Below are positions 44,561-53,415 of a DNA stretch of 64,000 bases, in pieces. A program made the position numbers and the translations under genes. A model generated the notes under the pieces. That model was not told where the DNA came from. It did not search any database and saw only the letters and a program-made list of their open reading frames with translations. The stretch spans positions 22,859 to 86,858 of the forward strand of contig JAYTOE010000067.1 of assembly GCA_043747935.1 (NCBI GenBank), given 5' to 3'. Each line of letters opens with the position of its first letter. The stretch's first letter is position 1. Origin of the DNA: Akkermansiaceae bacterium (GTDB lineage Bacteria > Verrucomicrobiota > Verrucomicrobiia > Verrucomicrobiales > Akkermansiaceae).

Positions 44561-46009
44561 ATGACACAGGAAAACTGGTACGACGAATCACATCCGGAAC
44601 TCACCCGCCGCCGTTTCATCGGCGCGCTGGGTGCCACCGCGGCAGCAACCTTCCTCGGCGGAGCGCCCCGCGCCTCGGCGAGTTCCTTGAAACATCCCAC
44701 CGCCACTGCGGATTCCTGCATCCTGATCTGGATGGCGGGAGGCATGGCCGCGCCGGAGACCTTCGATCCGAAACGCTACAAGCCCTACGAGGTCGGCACG
44801 CCGGTCGAGCAGATCATCAGCACCTTTCCCGCCATCGATACGGCGGTGGACAACATCAAGATCTGCCAGGGTCTTGAGAACATCGCCGGTGTGATGGATC
44901 GCGCCACGCTGATCCGCTCCCATTTCCAGCAGGATCTCGGTAGCATCCTGCACTCCCGCCACCAATACCATTGGCACACCGGATACGTCCCGCCGCAGAC
45001 CGTCGCCGCCCCGCACATCGGCGCATGGATGGCGAAGGTGCTCGGCGGGCGCAACGATGTCATGCCGCCCTTCATCAACATCGGCCAGCGCCTCGAAGGC
45101 CACGGCGAGAGCGAGGAATTGAAAGCCTTCACCACCGGCGGCTTTTTCGGCAGCGAGTTCGGCCCGATGAACCTGCCTTTCCCCGAGCTAGCCTCGCAGG
45201 CCGTGAAGCCGCCCGGCGGCATGTCGCCCGATCGTTTCGCGAAACGCTACAAGGCTTTGGAAAGCCTCCTCAAAAACTCACCGAAATCCGAGCAACTCAG
45301 CGATTACCACCAGGAATCCATGCTCCGCTCCATCGATAACGCACACCGCTTGCTCGGTTCCAAGGAGCGCGATGCCTTTGATCTCACCAAGGAGAAAAAG
45401 GAAACCTACGACGAATACAACACCGGCCAGTTCGGCCAAGGCTGCCTGCTCGCCCGGCGGCTTGTGGAGAACGGCGCGCGCTTCGTCGAAGTCACCACGG
45501 AATACATCCCGTTCTACCACTGGGACACCCACGAGAACGGCCACACCACCGCCGAGCGGATGAAGAAGGAGATCGACCGACCCATCGCCCGCCTGATCAA
45601 GGATCTGGAGGAGCGCGGTTTGCTCGACCGGACGCTCGTCGTCATCGCCAGCGAGTTCAGCCGCGACATGATGATCGAGGGCGTGCCCGGCTCCACCGCG
45701 AAGGATCAGTCACGCGCGGCGACCGATGTGATCAAGGAGATGAAACACTACGGATTGCACCGCCATTTCACCGGAGGCTCCTCCGTGGTCATGTTCGGCG
45801 GCGGTATGAAAAAGGGTCACCTCCACGGGGCGACCGCCGACGAGCGCCCCTGCTTGGTCGTCGACAAGCCCGTCGGCATCGAGGATCTCCACGCCACCAT
45901 CTTCACCGCTATGGGCATCAGCCCGAAAACGGAGTTCGACATCGAGGGCAGGCCTTTCTACGCCACGAAAGACGGGATTGGAAAAGCGGTGCGCGAGGTC
46001 TTCGTGTAG
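44561..46009 (+). CDS. DUF1501 domain protein with Tat signal
   Basis: TRRRFIG, WMAGGMAAPETFDPK, CLLARRLVE, WDTHEN, SEFSR. Confidence 0.92.
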   Translation: MTQENWYDESHPELTRRRFIGALGATAAATFLGGAPRASASSLKHPTATADSCILIWMAGGMAAPETFDPKRYKPYEVGTPVEQIISTFPAIDTAVDNIKICQGLENIAGVMDRATLIRSHFQQDLGSILHSRHQYHWHTGYVPPQTVAAPHIGAWMAKVLGGRNDVMPPFINIGQRLEGHGESEELKAFTTGGFFGSEFGPMNLPFPELASQAVKPPGGMSPDRFAKRYKALESLLKNSPKSEQLSDYHQESMLRSIDNAHRLLGSKERDAFDLTKEKKETYDEYNTGQFGQGCLLARRLVENGARFVEVTTEYIPFYHWDTHENGHTTAERMKKEIDRPIARLIKDLEERGLLDRTLVVIASEFSRDMMIEGVPGSTAKDQSRAATDVIKEMKHYGLHRHFTGGSSVVMFGGGMKKGHLHGATADERPCLVVDKPVGIEDLHATIFTAMGISPKTEFDIEGRPFYATKDGIGKAVREVFV

Positions 46010-46124
46010 CTCACGTTTCCCCGCGGTCTTCGTTCCATTACTTCGGGTTTTCTCGGATGAAATCCTCCATTCTTCAGAAGGGTGTACAAAAATATATACG
46101 ACCATGCCCCTGATGCCAGGGCCA

Positions 46125-46508
46125 TCAGCGACGGCGGCGGATCAACAGAGAGACCACGCCGAAGGCCAGCATACCGGCGGAGCTCGGCTCGGGGATCGGT
46201 ACGGTCGGAGTCCAGTTGTTGTCAGCCCTCGTGCCGAATCCGGCGATAGGGAGATCGGAAAACGCTTCGCCATTGAGGTTGAAGGACGCATCCACGTTGC
46301 CGAGCCAGAAGGAGACATCCAAATCGAACGTATTGCCGCTCGGACTGATCTGCACCTGGTTGATATCCACTTTCTGACTGAACACAAAGAGCATGAAATC
46401 GTAATGGTCTTCATTGTCCACATAGAAGGGAACATAGGGCGTGCCTGCAATGAATTCCGAAGCCTGCTTCACTCCGAGACCGGGACCCCACTGGATTAAT
46501 AATGACAA
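46125..46508 (-). CDS. PEP-CTERM sorting domain protein lacking a signal peptide (probably 5'-degraded)
   Basis: C-terminal IPEPSSAGMLAFGVVSLLIRRRR; in-frame TGA immediately before the TTG. Confidence 0.7.
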   Translation of the reverse strand: MSLLIQWGPGLGVKQASEFIAGTPYVPFYVDNEDHYDFMLFVFSQKVDINQVQISPSGNTFDLDVSFWLGNVDASFNLNGEAFSDLPIAGFGTRADNNWTPTVPIPEPSSAGMLAFGVVSLLIRRRR

Positions 46509-46676
46509 TCAGACCCAATCAATAACAAACTACTCCGAAATACTTACGTAATCGCGTAGGGTTTTCCGCGGGCGGAAAGACAAGAATAGGCTGGAAGAAA
46601 TGAACAGGCTGCTGCAAAGAATCTACGAGCATTGAGCACAAACTGATGGTAACTACCAAAAAAAATCAATCCGAAA

Positions 46677-46716
46677 GGACTGACCCCACTACGAGGACTG
46701 ACCCCACTACCACTAC
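46677..46716. repeat. Direct repeat GGACTGACCCCACTAC x2 plus CACTAC
   Basis: Identical 16-mers at 46677-46692 and 46695-46710. Confidence 0.8.
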
Positions 46717-46755
46717 CGTGGCGAACGTGAAACGCGAAATCGAAAGGTGGAAATC

Positions 46756-47874
46756 ATGCCTGTGATCTATCCGCCGTTCGATCACTGGATCTGGCTGATT
46801 CCGGCGTTCATGATCGGTGGCTGCATCGGCTCGTTTCTGAATGTTGTCATCTACCGCCTGCCGCTCGGTATGTCGGTGAACAAGCCGAACCGTTCCTTCT
46901 GCCCGATCTGCAAGAACCAGCTCTCCCTGTGGCAGAATCTGCCCATCGTGAGTTGGCTTTGCCTACGGGGGAAATGCGGCCATTGCGCCGCGCCGATCCC
47001 GTTCCGCTACATCGCCGTCGAGATCGTCAGCGCCGCGCTGTTCGTCCTCGTATGGTGGATGTTTCCGCCACAGGTCGCCGTTTTTCTCTGGGTATTGATG
47101 GCTCTACTCGTCGCGATCACTTGGATTGACGCCGCTCACCTCATCATCCCGACGAACCTGACTTGGGCGGGATCGGTGGTCGGGCTTGTTGCTTGCGCCG
47201 TGTGGCCGTCTTTGTCATCGCTCGCGGGTTATGGCGGGGTGTGGTGGGAGGGGCTTCTGCAAGGAGCCATCGGCTGGATCGCCGGCTTCTTTGGGCTGTG
47301 GGCCGTCGTGGAGTTGGGGAAAAAGGCCTTCGGGAAGAAGTCGATGAAGTTCGACAAGGAGGTCGAGTGGGCGATCCGCGAACCTGTCGGCGATGAGGAT
47401 CCCATGCTCTTCGTGATCGGCGGCGAGGAAGTCCCTTGGTGGGATATCTTTTCCCGCAAGACCGACCGCCTGATCGTCGATGCCACCGAGGTGATCGTGG
47501 ACGGTGAGGAAACGGGTCCCGGCCAGCTGATCATCCGGGAGACCGGCATCGAGCTGGCGGACGGGCGCGTCTTCGAGTTGGAAAAAATGAAATCCCTCAG
47601 CGGCCGCGCGCGCGGTGCCATCATCCCCCGCGAGGCGATGGGCATGGGTGACGTCCACCTGCTCGGCATGATCGGCGCGTTCTTCGGCTGGAGCGGGGTG
47701 TTCTTCTCGCTCTTCGCAGCCTCACTTTTCGCCATCCTCGCCGCGCTGATCGGGCGCATCGGCTTCGGCAAGCAGCTTCCCTTCGGCCCCTTCCTCGCGA
47801 TGGGTGCCGCTGTTTGGATGTTTGGAGGCTGGCGGCTCTGGCAGTGGTATTTGGGCTTGGTCGGATTTTGGTAG
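46756..47874 (+). CDS. pilD: Prepilin peptidase
   Basis: GSFLNVVIYRLP, SFCPIC, GKCGHC, WID, MGMGDVHL, LPFGPFLA. Confidence 0.93.
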   Translation: MPVIYPPFDHWIWLIPAFMIGGCIGSFLNVVIYRLPLGMSVNKPNRSFCPICKNQLSLWQNLPIVSWLCLRGKCGHCAAPIPFRYIAVEIVSAALFVLVWWMFPPQVAVFLWVLMALLVAITWIDAAHLIIPTNLTWAGSVVGLVACAVWPSLSSLAGYGGVWWEGLLQGAIGWIAGFFGLWAVVELGKKAFGKKSMKFDKEVEWAIREPVGDEDPMLFVIGGEEVPWWDIFSRKTDRLIVDATEVIVDGEETGPGQLIIRETGIELADGRVFELEKMKSLSGRARGAIIPREAMGMGDVHLLGMIGAFFGWSGVFFSLFAASLFAILAALIGRIGFGKQLPFGPFLAMGAAVWMFGGWRLWQWYLGLVGFW

Positions 47875-48009
47875 ATCAAGGAGCGGCGGATCGGAACCCG
47901 CCGATGACCATGAAGAGCCCGATGATTGGTGCGTTCGCGCTTGCCATCGTCACTTCATCGGCAAGGGCAGCCGGAGGCAGCCCCTCCTTGCGCTGCGCGG
48001 ACTCCAGCC

Positions 48010-49098
48010 TCAGCGCACGGAATCGAGGACTTCGAGAGCCCTCTGATTTTCGCGCGGAGTGCCGATGGAAATGCGCACCCAGCCGGGGAGCTTGTAGCCG
48101 GACATGGCGCGGATAATAACGCCTTGCTTGAGCATATCCCTGAAGACGCGGTCGCCCTCGCCGACCTCGACGAGGATGAAGTTGGCCACGGAGGGAACGA
48201 ATTTCAGGCCGCGCTCCGCAAAGGCGGCTTCGTAAAAGGCGAGACCCTCGCGGTTCACGGCGCGGGTTTTCTCGATGTGATCCGCGTCATCAAGGGCGGC
48301 GAGCGCGGCGGCTTGGGCCATGGCGTTCGTGTTGAAAGGCTGGCGCGCTTTCTGGAGGAGATCGGCGATGGGTTTCGGCGCGATGCCGTATCCGATCCGC
48401 AAAGCCGCGAGGCCGTGGATCTTCGAGCAGGTGCGCAGAACGGCGACGTTTTTCCCGGCGTGGACGTGCTTGAGGACATTCGGCGGGGTGTCGAGAAATT
48501 CGAAATACGCCTCATCGAACACCGCGATCACATGCGGAGGCAGGCGATCGATGAAGCGGTCGATGGCCTCCTGGGTGACCTGGGTGCCGGTCGGGTTGTT
48601 CGGGTTCGCGACGAAAACGAGCCGGGTGCGATCCGTGATCGCATCCGCCATGGCATCGAGGTCGTGAATGAAATCCGGATCATCCACCTCGACGTATTTC
48701 GCGCCGAAGAGGGTGGCCATGAGCTTGTAAACGACGAAGGCGTGTTTCGCGGCGATCAGCTCCGCGTCGCGGTTCAGGAAGGTGTGGCAGAGCAGCTCGA
48801 TGATCTCGTTGGAGCCGTTGCCGAGGACGATGTTCGAGATGTCGAAGCCGAGCTTTTCCGAGATGGCTTTCCGGAGCTTGTAGCCGCCGCCGTCCGGATA
48901 GATGTGCGCCTGCTCGATGGCTTCCGTCATGGCTTTCTTCGCAAGAGGCGAGGGGCCGAGCGGGTTCTCGTTCGACGCGACCTTGATGATGGAGGCGGGG
49001 TCGAGCCCGAGTTCGCGGGCGGTTTCCTCGATGGGTTTGCCGGGTTCGTAGGCGACGAGGTCACAGACGAAAGCATTGGCGAAATCGGAGATGGGCAT
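48010..49098 (-). CDS. hisC: Histidinol-phosphate aminotransferase
   Basis: KVASNENPLGPSP, YPDG, GNGSNEII, ANPNNPTG, DEAY, RTCSKIHGLAALRIGY. Confidence 0.95.
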   Translation of the reverse strand: MPISDFANAFVCDLVAYEPGKPIEETARELGLDPASIIKVASNENPLGPSPLAKKAMTEAIEQAHIYPDGGGYKLRKAISEKLGFDISNIVLGNGSNEIIELLCHTFLNRDAELIAAKHAFVVYKLMATLFGAKYVEVDDPDFIHDLDAMADAITDRTRLVFVANPNNPTGTQVTQEAIDRFIDRLPPHVIAVFDEAYFEFLDTPPNVLKHVHAGKNVAVLRTCSKIHGLAALRIGYGIAPKPIADLLQKARQPFNTNAMAQAAALAALDDADHIEKTRAVNREGLAFYEAAFAERGLKFVPSVANFILVEVGEGDRVFRDMLKQGVIIRAMSGYKLPGWVRISIGTPRENQRALEVLDSVR

Positions 49099-49117
49099 GG
49101 CGGGAAGGTGGGTGAAC

Positions 49118-49149
49118 GCTGAAAGGCTGAAAAGCTGAAATGCTGAGAG
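49118..49149. repeat. 4 x 8-bp GCTGAAAN array
   Basis: GCTGAAAG GCTGAAAA GCTGAAAT GCTGAGAG, 19 nt upstream of the hisC start. Confidence 0.7.
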
Positions 49150-49174
49150 AAGAGATACGTTAAAGAAAGAAGCG

Positions 49175-49525
49175 CTAGGGAAAATTTTCCGTCCAGGTGC
49201 TTTCGTTGAAACCGACAAGCGTGGTGGCCTCGTGGACAAGGAAGGGGCGTTTGATGAGATTGCCGTTGGAGGCGAGGAGCTTGAGCGCCTCGGCTTCCGG
49301 CATAGTGGGGAGGGTTTCTTTGAGATTGAGCGCGCGATAGTCCTGGCTTGAGGTGTTGAAAAGTTTGCGGATGTCGCCTCCTGCGTTGAACAGGGCGAGG
49401 CGGAGTTCGGCGAGAGTGGGGGGCTGCTCGCGGATGGGGATCTCCTTGAAGCTCATGCCGTTTTCGCGAAGCCATTTCACGGCCTTGCGGCAGGTGTCGC
49501 AGGTTTTCAGGGTGTAAATGGTCAC
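49175..49525 (-). CDS. ArsC/Spx/MgsR-family protein
   Basis: TCDTCRKAVKWL, LFNTSSQDYR, NGNLIKRPFL. Confidence 0.88.
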   Translation of the reverse strand: MTIYTLKTCDTCRKAVKWLRENGMSFKEIPIREQPPTLAELRLALFNAGGDIRKLFNTSSQDYRALNLKETLPTMPEAEALKLLASNGNLIKRPFLVHEATTLVGFNESTWTENFP

Positions 49526-49553
49526 AAACTTTAAACTTTAAATTCTAAACTAC
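49526..49553. repeat. 4 x 7-bp AAACTTT-type array abutting the ArsC-family start codon
   Basis: AAACTTT AAACTTT AAATTCT AAACTAC. Confidence 0.8.
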
Positions 49554-49599
49554 AATGAAGAGGAAGAGGAAGAGGTTCCGCTGCGGATTAAAGTCCGCG

Positions 49600-50292
49600 T
49601 TACAGCCCCCAAGCACCGGCTTTCTTGGATTTCGAGGCACGCTGGAGGTCTAACAGGCGATCCTCTTGCTTGCGTTCCGTCGTTCCGTCGGGGAGGGGGG
49701 CACCTTTCGTATGGATACGGGCGAGGCCTTTCTCGACGAGGAGTTCATCGAGGAAGCGTGTTTTGCCGTCGTAGGCGACTTCCACGAACGCGTGATAGCG
49801 GCTGTCGCCGAAGGGATCATCCCATTCCGTGTGCAGGGTGAAAGGGGCTTTGCCGAGAATCCCGAGCGTGAAGGCCTTCGCCTGTTTCCCGATCTCCACC
49901 GCCTGCTGCGAGGTGATGCCGCCCATATCCGCCGCCTGCTGGGCGATGCGTTTGTGGTTGTTCTGCCCGCCGCCGTAAGATTTGAAGGCGCTCTCTGGCG
50001 AGTCGACGAAGTAGAGCCGGATGATCTCCGTCCGTCCGCCTGGCAGTTTCACGCGGAAGCTGTCGCCGTCGTTGCCCTTGTCGTTCGCCAAGGTGCAGCC
50101 CTGGAAGACTTCGTAGCGGCCGGATGGGGTGGTGGGTTTATCAGAAGTCGCCGGGGGTTTCTCTGAGCTCGATGATCCGGATTTCGGCGCAGCGGGGGCG
50201 ACACCTCGATAGACATCCAGCGCCCAGATCGCGACGGCAGCTAAGAGGATTAGGAATGGGATAACGGCGGATCGGGAAGGGCGGCGGGACAT
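49600..50292 (-). CDS. Thermonuclease (SNase-like) family protein, membrane-anchored
   Basis: DGDSF, IRLYFVDSPES, SRYHAFV, LVEKGLARI, GAWG. Confidence 0.85.
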   Translation of the reverse strand: MSRRPSRSAVIPFLILLAAVAIWALDVYRGVAPAAPKSGSSSSEKPPATSDKPTTPSGRYEVFQGCTLANDKGNDGDSFRVKLPGGRTEIIRLYFVDSPESAFKSYGGGQNNHKRIAQQAADMGGITSQQAVEIGKQAKAFTLGILGKAPFTLHTEWDDPFGDSRYHAFVEVAYDGKTRFLDELLVEKGLARIHTKGAPLPDGTTERKQEDRLLDLQRASKSKKAGAWGL

Positions 50293-50298
50293 GGGGGA

Positions 50299-50326
50299 AA
50301 ACTCTAAACTTTAAACTTTAAACCCT
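50299..50326. repeat. 4 x 7-bp AAACTTT-type array 6 nt upstream of the nuclease ATG
   Basis: AAACTCT AAACTTT AAACTTT AAACCCT. Confidence 0.8.
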
Positions 50327-50372
50327 AAGGAAAAATCCCCTTTGGACTGGCTGCTCCCTTACGTGGTGGATT

Positions 50373-51041
50373 TTAGAGCCCTTTGAAACCGGCGTATTCG
50401 TTGTAGGTTCCCGTTGGGACGGCTACGCCGCGCCACTCACGCTTGAGGCGGCGGTATTTGGTGATGAACTGCGTGGGATCCGCCCAATTCACCATGTCGG
50501 AGGGGACTCCGTTGCGAGCCATGCCGATGGTGATGTTGTGGCGCATCTCGAAGTGGAGATGGGCCGGATACATGCCGAAATTGCTGCCGATGGTTCCCAC
50601 CTGCTGGCCGCGCTTCACGCCCTGTCCGGTTTTCACCATGATCTTGTCGAGATGGCCGTAGAGGGAGTCGATGAATTTTACCTGTCCGCTGGCGGGGTCG
50701 CGGTATGCATGGCGGATGAGGACGACATTGCCCCAGCCCTGGTGGACGTTGTAGGCGAAGGTGACGACACCGTCGGCACACGAATAGACGGGATCACCGA
50801 GGTCGCTGTCGCCGCCAGCGCGTCCGTTCCAATCCTCACCGTAGTGCTTCGGCGAGCGCAAACGCATGCCGCGCGCCTTGTAGTAACCGGCGGCATCCGG
50901 CTTGCCGACGGGGAAATCGAAGCCGTCGGCGACGTTCACCTTTACCGCCCCGTCCGCCGGCTGGGTGAATAGCAGGGCGCAGAGAAACACCAAGACCGCG
51001 GCCAGCGACTTGAAAACTTGTTCTCCCGCAGATTTTTCCAT
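50373..51041 (-). CDS. M23-family metallopeptidase
   Basis: HYGED (HxxxD), SLYGHL, VKRGQQVG, AHLHFE. Confidence 0.9.
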   Translation of the reverse strand: MEKSAGEQVFKSLAAVLVFLCALLFTQPADGAVKVNVADGFDFPVGKPDAAGYYKARGMRLRSPKHYGEDWNGRAGGDSDLGDPVYSCADGVVTFAYNVHQGWGNVVLIRHAYRDPASGQVKFIDSLYGHLDKIMVKTGQGVKRGQQVGTIGSNFGMYPAHLHFEMRHNITIGMARNGVPSDMVNWADPTQFITKYRRLKREWRGVAVPTGTYNEYAGFKGL

Positions 51042-51088
51042 CCGCCCTGATTCCAGCCCCGGAGACCATGATGGGGCAAGAGAAAAGA

Positions 51089-51120
51089 AAAACGGCGCAC
51101 CGTTTCGGGTGCGCCGTTTT
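51089..51120 (-). terminator. Intrinsic terminator after the MFS gene (bidirectional shape)
   Basis: AAAACGGCGCACC-GTTTCG-GGTGCGCCGTTTT perfect hairpin. Confidence 0.85.
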
Positions 51121-51149
51121 GTGAGGATTAGAAAATCCGTTGGAAGAAA

Positions 51150-52769
51150 TCAGGCCTTGCCCGAGGACTCCTCGACCGTGAGTGGTTTGTAGCCGCCGAC
51201 TGATTTGAAGTAGAGAAGCAGAAGAATGTAGATAAGAGCCATACCACAAGGAAGGATTGCGTCGTATTTCAGAGTCTTACGGCTGCCAGCGATTTCAGCA
51301 TCGACCAATGCTTGTTGGTCTGCGGTGCGCTTGTCTTTAGCAGTTTCTTTGGCTTCGGTGAGTTTTTTGCCGTCCAAAGCGGTAACTTCCTTGAAGCCGA
51401 TCCATTTACTCGTTTTTTCAGCCTTGTTTGCTTCAAGAACCTCGGTTTTACCACCTTCGGTCAAGGCTTCAGCGGTGAATCGATCTTTTCCATAGCCAAG
51501 ACCAGGGCCGCCAAGCTGACCAACGGATAGCATCGCGATTCCTCCCATGATGCTCATGGCAACCGCACCGGTGTGTGGGAATCGGTCACCGACAACTGCG
51601 AGCATGGTGGGCCAGAAGAAGGTTTTACCAATGCTGTAAAGGAACATTGCGGTAATGGCAGTGGAGAGGCCGGTTGCTCCTGCTGCAAGGAACAGACCGC
51701 AGATAGCGAACAAGGAGCAAACGAAGAGAATGCCAATCGGCGAGAGTTTCAATTTGCTCTCGATCCAATGTGAGCAGAAACGTAAACCGAACATCATCGC
51801 GCTGGCGAAGATGAACAGCATCTTACCTACTTCAGGAGTAAAGATGGTTCCATTGATGTTTTCGATCCAGGAATCGGTTCCGAGTTCCAGGGAGCCGATG
51901 ATTGTGTGAGCGAGGAAGAGAAGGAACAGGATGATGTGACCCATTGCGAAGCGGGTGATAACGGCTACCCAGAGCACGAATCCTGCGCCTACCGCCATGG
52001 AGATGTAGTTCCATGAATCACTGACGAAGAATTTGGAACCGGTGAGACCGGCGAGAATGTTACCACCGAGAGCATCACGGGTGAAGAGATAGAGTAGGAC
52101 GCCAGCAATGGATGATCCCAAGATACCGATGTCTTTCATCATCTCTCCAAGCTTCAGACCTTTTGCGGATGCTTCCGATTGTGGGAAGCTTTGGCGGAAG
52201 AACATCAGTCCGTAAATTACGGTTGGGATGAGGTAGAGACCGAGTTGGGCTTTCCAACTCCAGGAATTTCCAACTGCCAGGGTAATCAGCGCACCGAGAA
52301 TCATGCCAAGAGGCCATGATGCGTGAAGAATGTTGAGGTAATGAGTGCGGTTTTTTGGGAATAGCGTTGAAACAAGCGGGTTGGCGACAGCCTCGAGAGT
52401 TCCGTTGGCCAGTGCAAAAATGAATGTTCCAGTGAAAAGCAGCATGAATCCTGTTTCCTGGCCCATGGCTGCAGTGGGCAAAAGGGTCACCACGGCCGAA
52501 ACAACGTGCATCAAAAAGGCGGCGATGATCAGTTTACCGTAACCGATCTTATCAACGATGATACCGCCAATGATAATGCCGAAGCAGAATCCGGAGAATC
52601 CTGCACCGCCAATCAGGCCGTTCTGGAGGTTTGAAAAGCCAAACTCTTTGGCCCATGCGGCGCCAATTCCGTTGCGGATGGCGAAACCGACTCCGGCTGC
52701 CAGAATGGCGGTGAATCCGGCCCATAGGAGCCGCTTGGCGTTTGGTGCAATTGCGTCTGTGTTGTTCAT
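51150..52769 (-). CDS. MFS transporter
   Basis: About 12 or more TM helices; GGIIVDKIGYG motif A-like; EAVANPL; WPTML; start at MNNTDA. Confidence 0.88.
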   Translation of the reverse strand: MNNTDAIAPNAKRLLWAGFTAILAAGVGFAIRNGIGAAWAKEFGFSNLQNGLIGGAGFSGFCFGIIIGGIIVDKIGYGKLIIAAFLMHVVSAVVTLLPTAAMGQETGFMLLFTGTFIFALANGTLEAVANPLVSTLFPKNRTHYLNILHASWPLGMILGALITLAVGNSWSWKAQLGLYLIPTVIYGLMFFRQSFPQSEASAKGLKLGEMMKDIGILGSSIAGVLLYLFTRDALGGNILAGLTGSKFFVSDSWNYISMAVGAGFVLWVAVITRFAMGHIILFLLFLAHTIIGSLELGTDSWIENINGTIFTPEVGKMLFIFASAMMFGLRFCSHWIESKLKLSPIGILFVCSLFAICGLFLAAGATGLSTAITAMFLYSIGKTFFWPTMLAVVGDRFPHTGAVAMSIMGGIAMLSVGQLGGPGLGYGKDRFTAEALTEGGKTEVLEANKAEKTSKWIGFKEVTALDGKKLTEAKETAKDKRTADQQALVDAEIAGSRKTLKYDAILPCGMALIYILLLLYFKSVGGYKPLTVEESSGKA

Positions 52770-52913
52770 TGGGTTAGCGAATGGTTTGAGGGGATTATCG
52801 GCTCGGAGAGGACTTGGCAAGCATTCGGGTGGGAAAATCTCCGATTTTTTGTGGGGATGTTGTGTGTTTTACGCGAAGAGTGCGCCGAAACGACGCGATT
52901 ACAGCGAGATTCG

Positions 52914-53360
52914 TTACCACCGCGATGCAGAGCCGATGAAAAAGGCGGCCGTGTAGCTGACGCCCAATAGTTTGGTCCGGGTGGGTGGGTAATCCGTGTA
53001 GATCCCGAAAACGGTCGCACCGAAAATCACCGCGCAGCCAGCGAGGCCCGCCAAGGAATTCATTCCATAGAAAAATATGATCAAGGGAGAAGCCATCCCG
53101 TGAATTCCGCCGCCGGCCGAGCCGATCGTGCTCCCGATACAAATCGCGGAATAATTGAGGACGAGAAATCCAAAAACACCGAACGGGATACGATAAAGAA
53201 TTTCCACGGAGTCCCAGGCTTCCCTTGAGCCATCGCGGGAAAATCGCCCACGCAGCCGGGAGGCGATGAATAGGACGAGGTGGTATAGCCCGTAGATCAA
53301 GGCGAAGGTCACGCCGAGGCGCAGGAAGCTTTCGAATGCGATTTCCAGATGCTCCGGCAT
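52914..53360 (-). CDS. Hypothetical membrane protein
   Basis: About four hydrophobic helices; start taken at MPEHLE, just inside the IS left flank. Confidence 0.55.
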   Translation of the reverse strand: MPEHLEIAFESFLRLGVTFALIYGLYHLVLFIASRLRGRFSRDGSREAWDSVEILYRIPFGVFGFLVLNYSAICIGSTIGSAGGGIHGMASPLIIFFYGMNSLAGLAGCAVIFGATVFGIYTDYPPTRTKLLGVSYTAAFFIGSASRW

Positions 53361-53415
53361 GATTCCGAGTATGCCTAGCGGTGCAGCAATGGCTCCGAAA
53401 GGAGAATTGTTGGCA

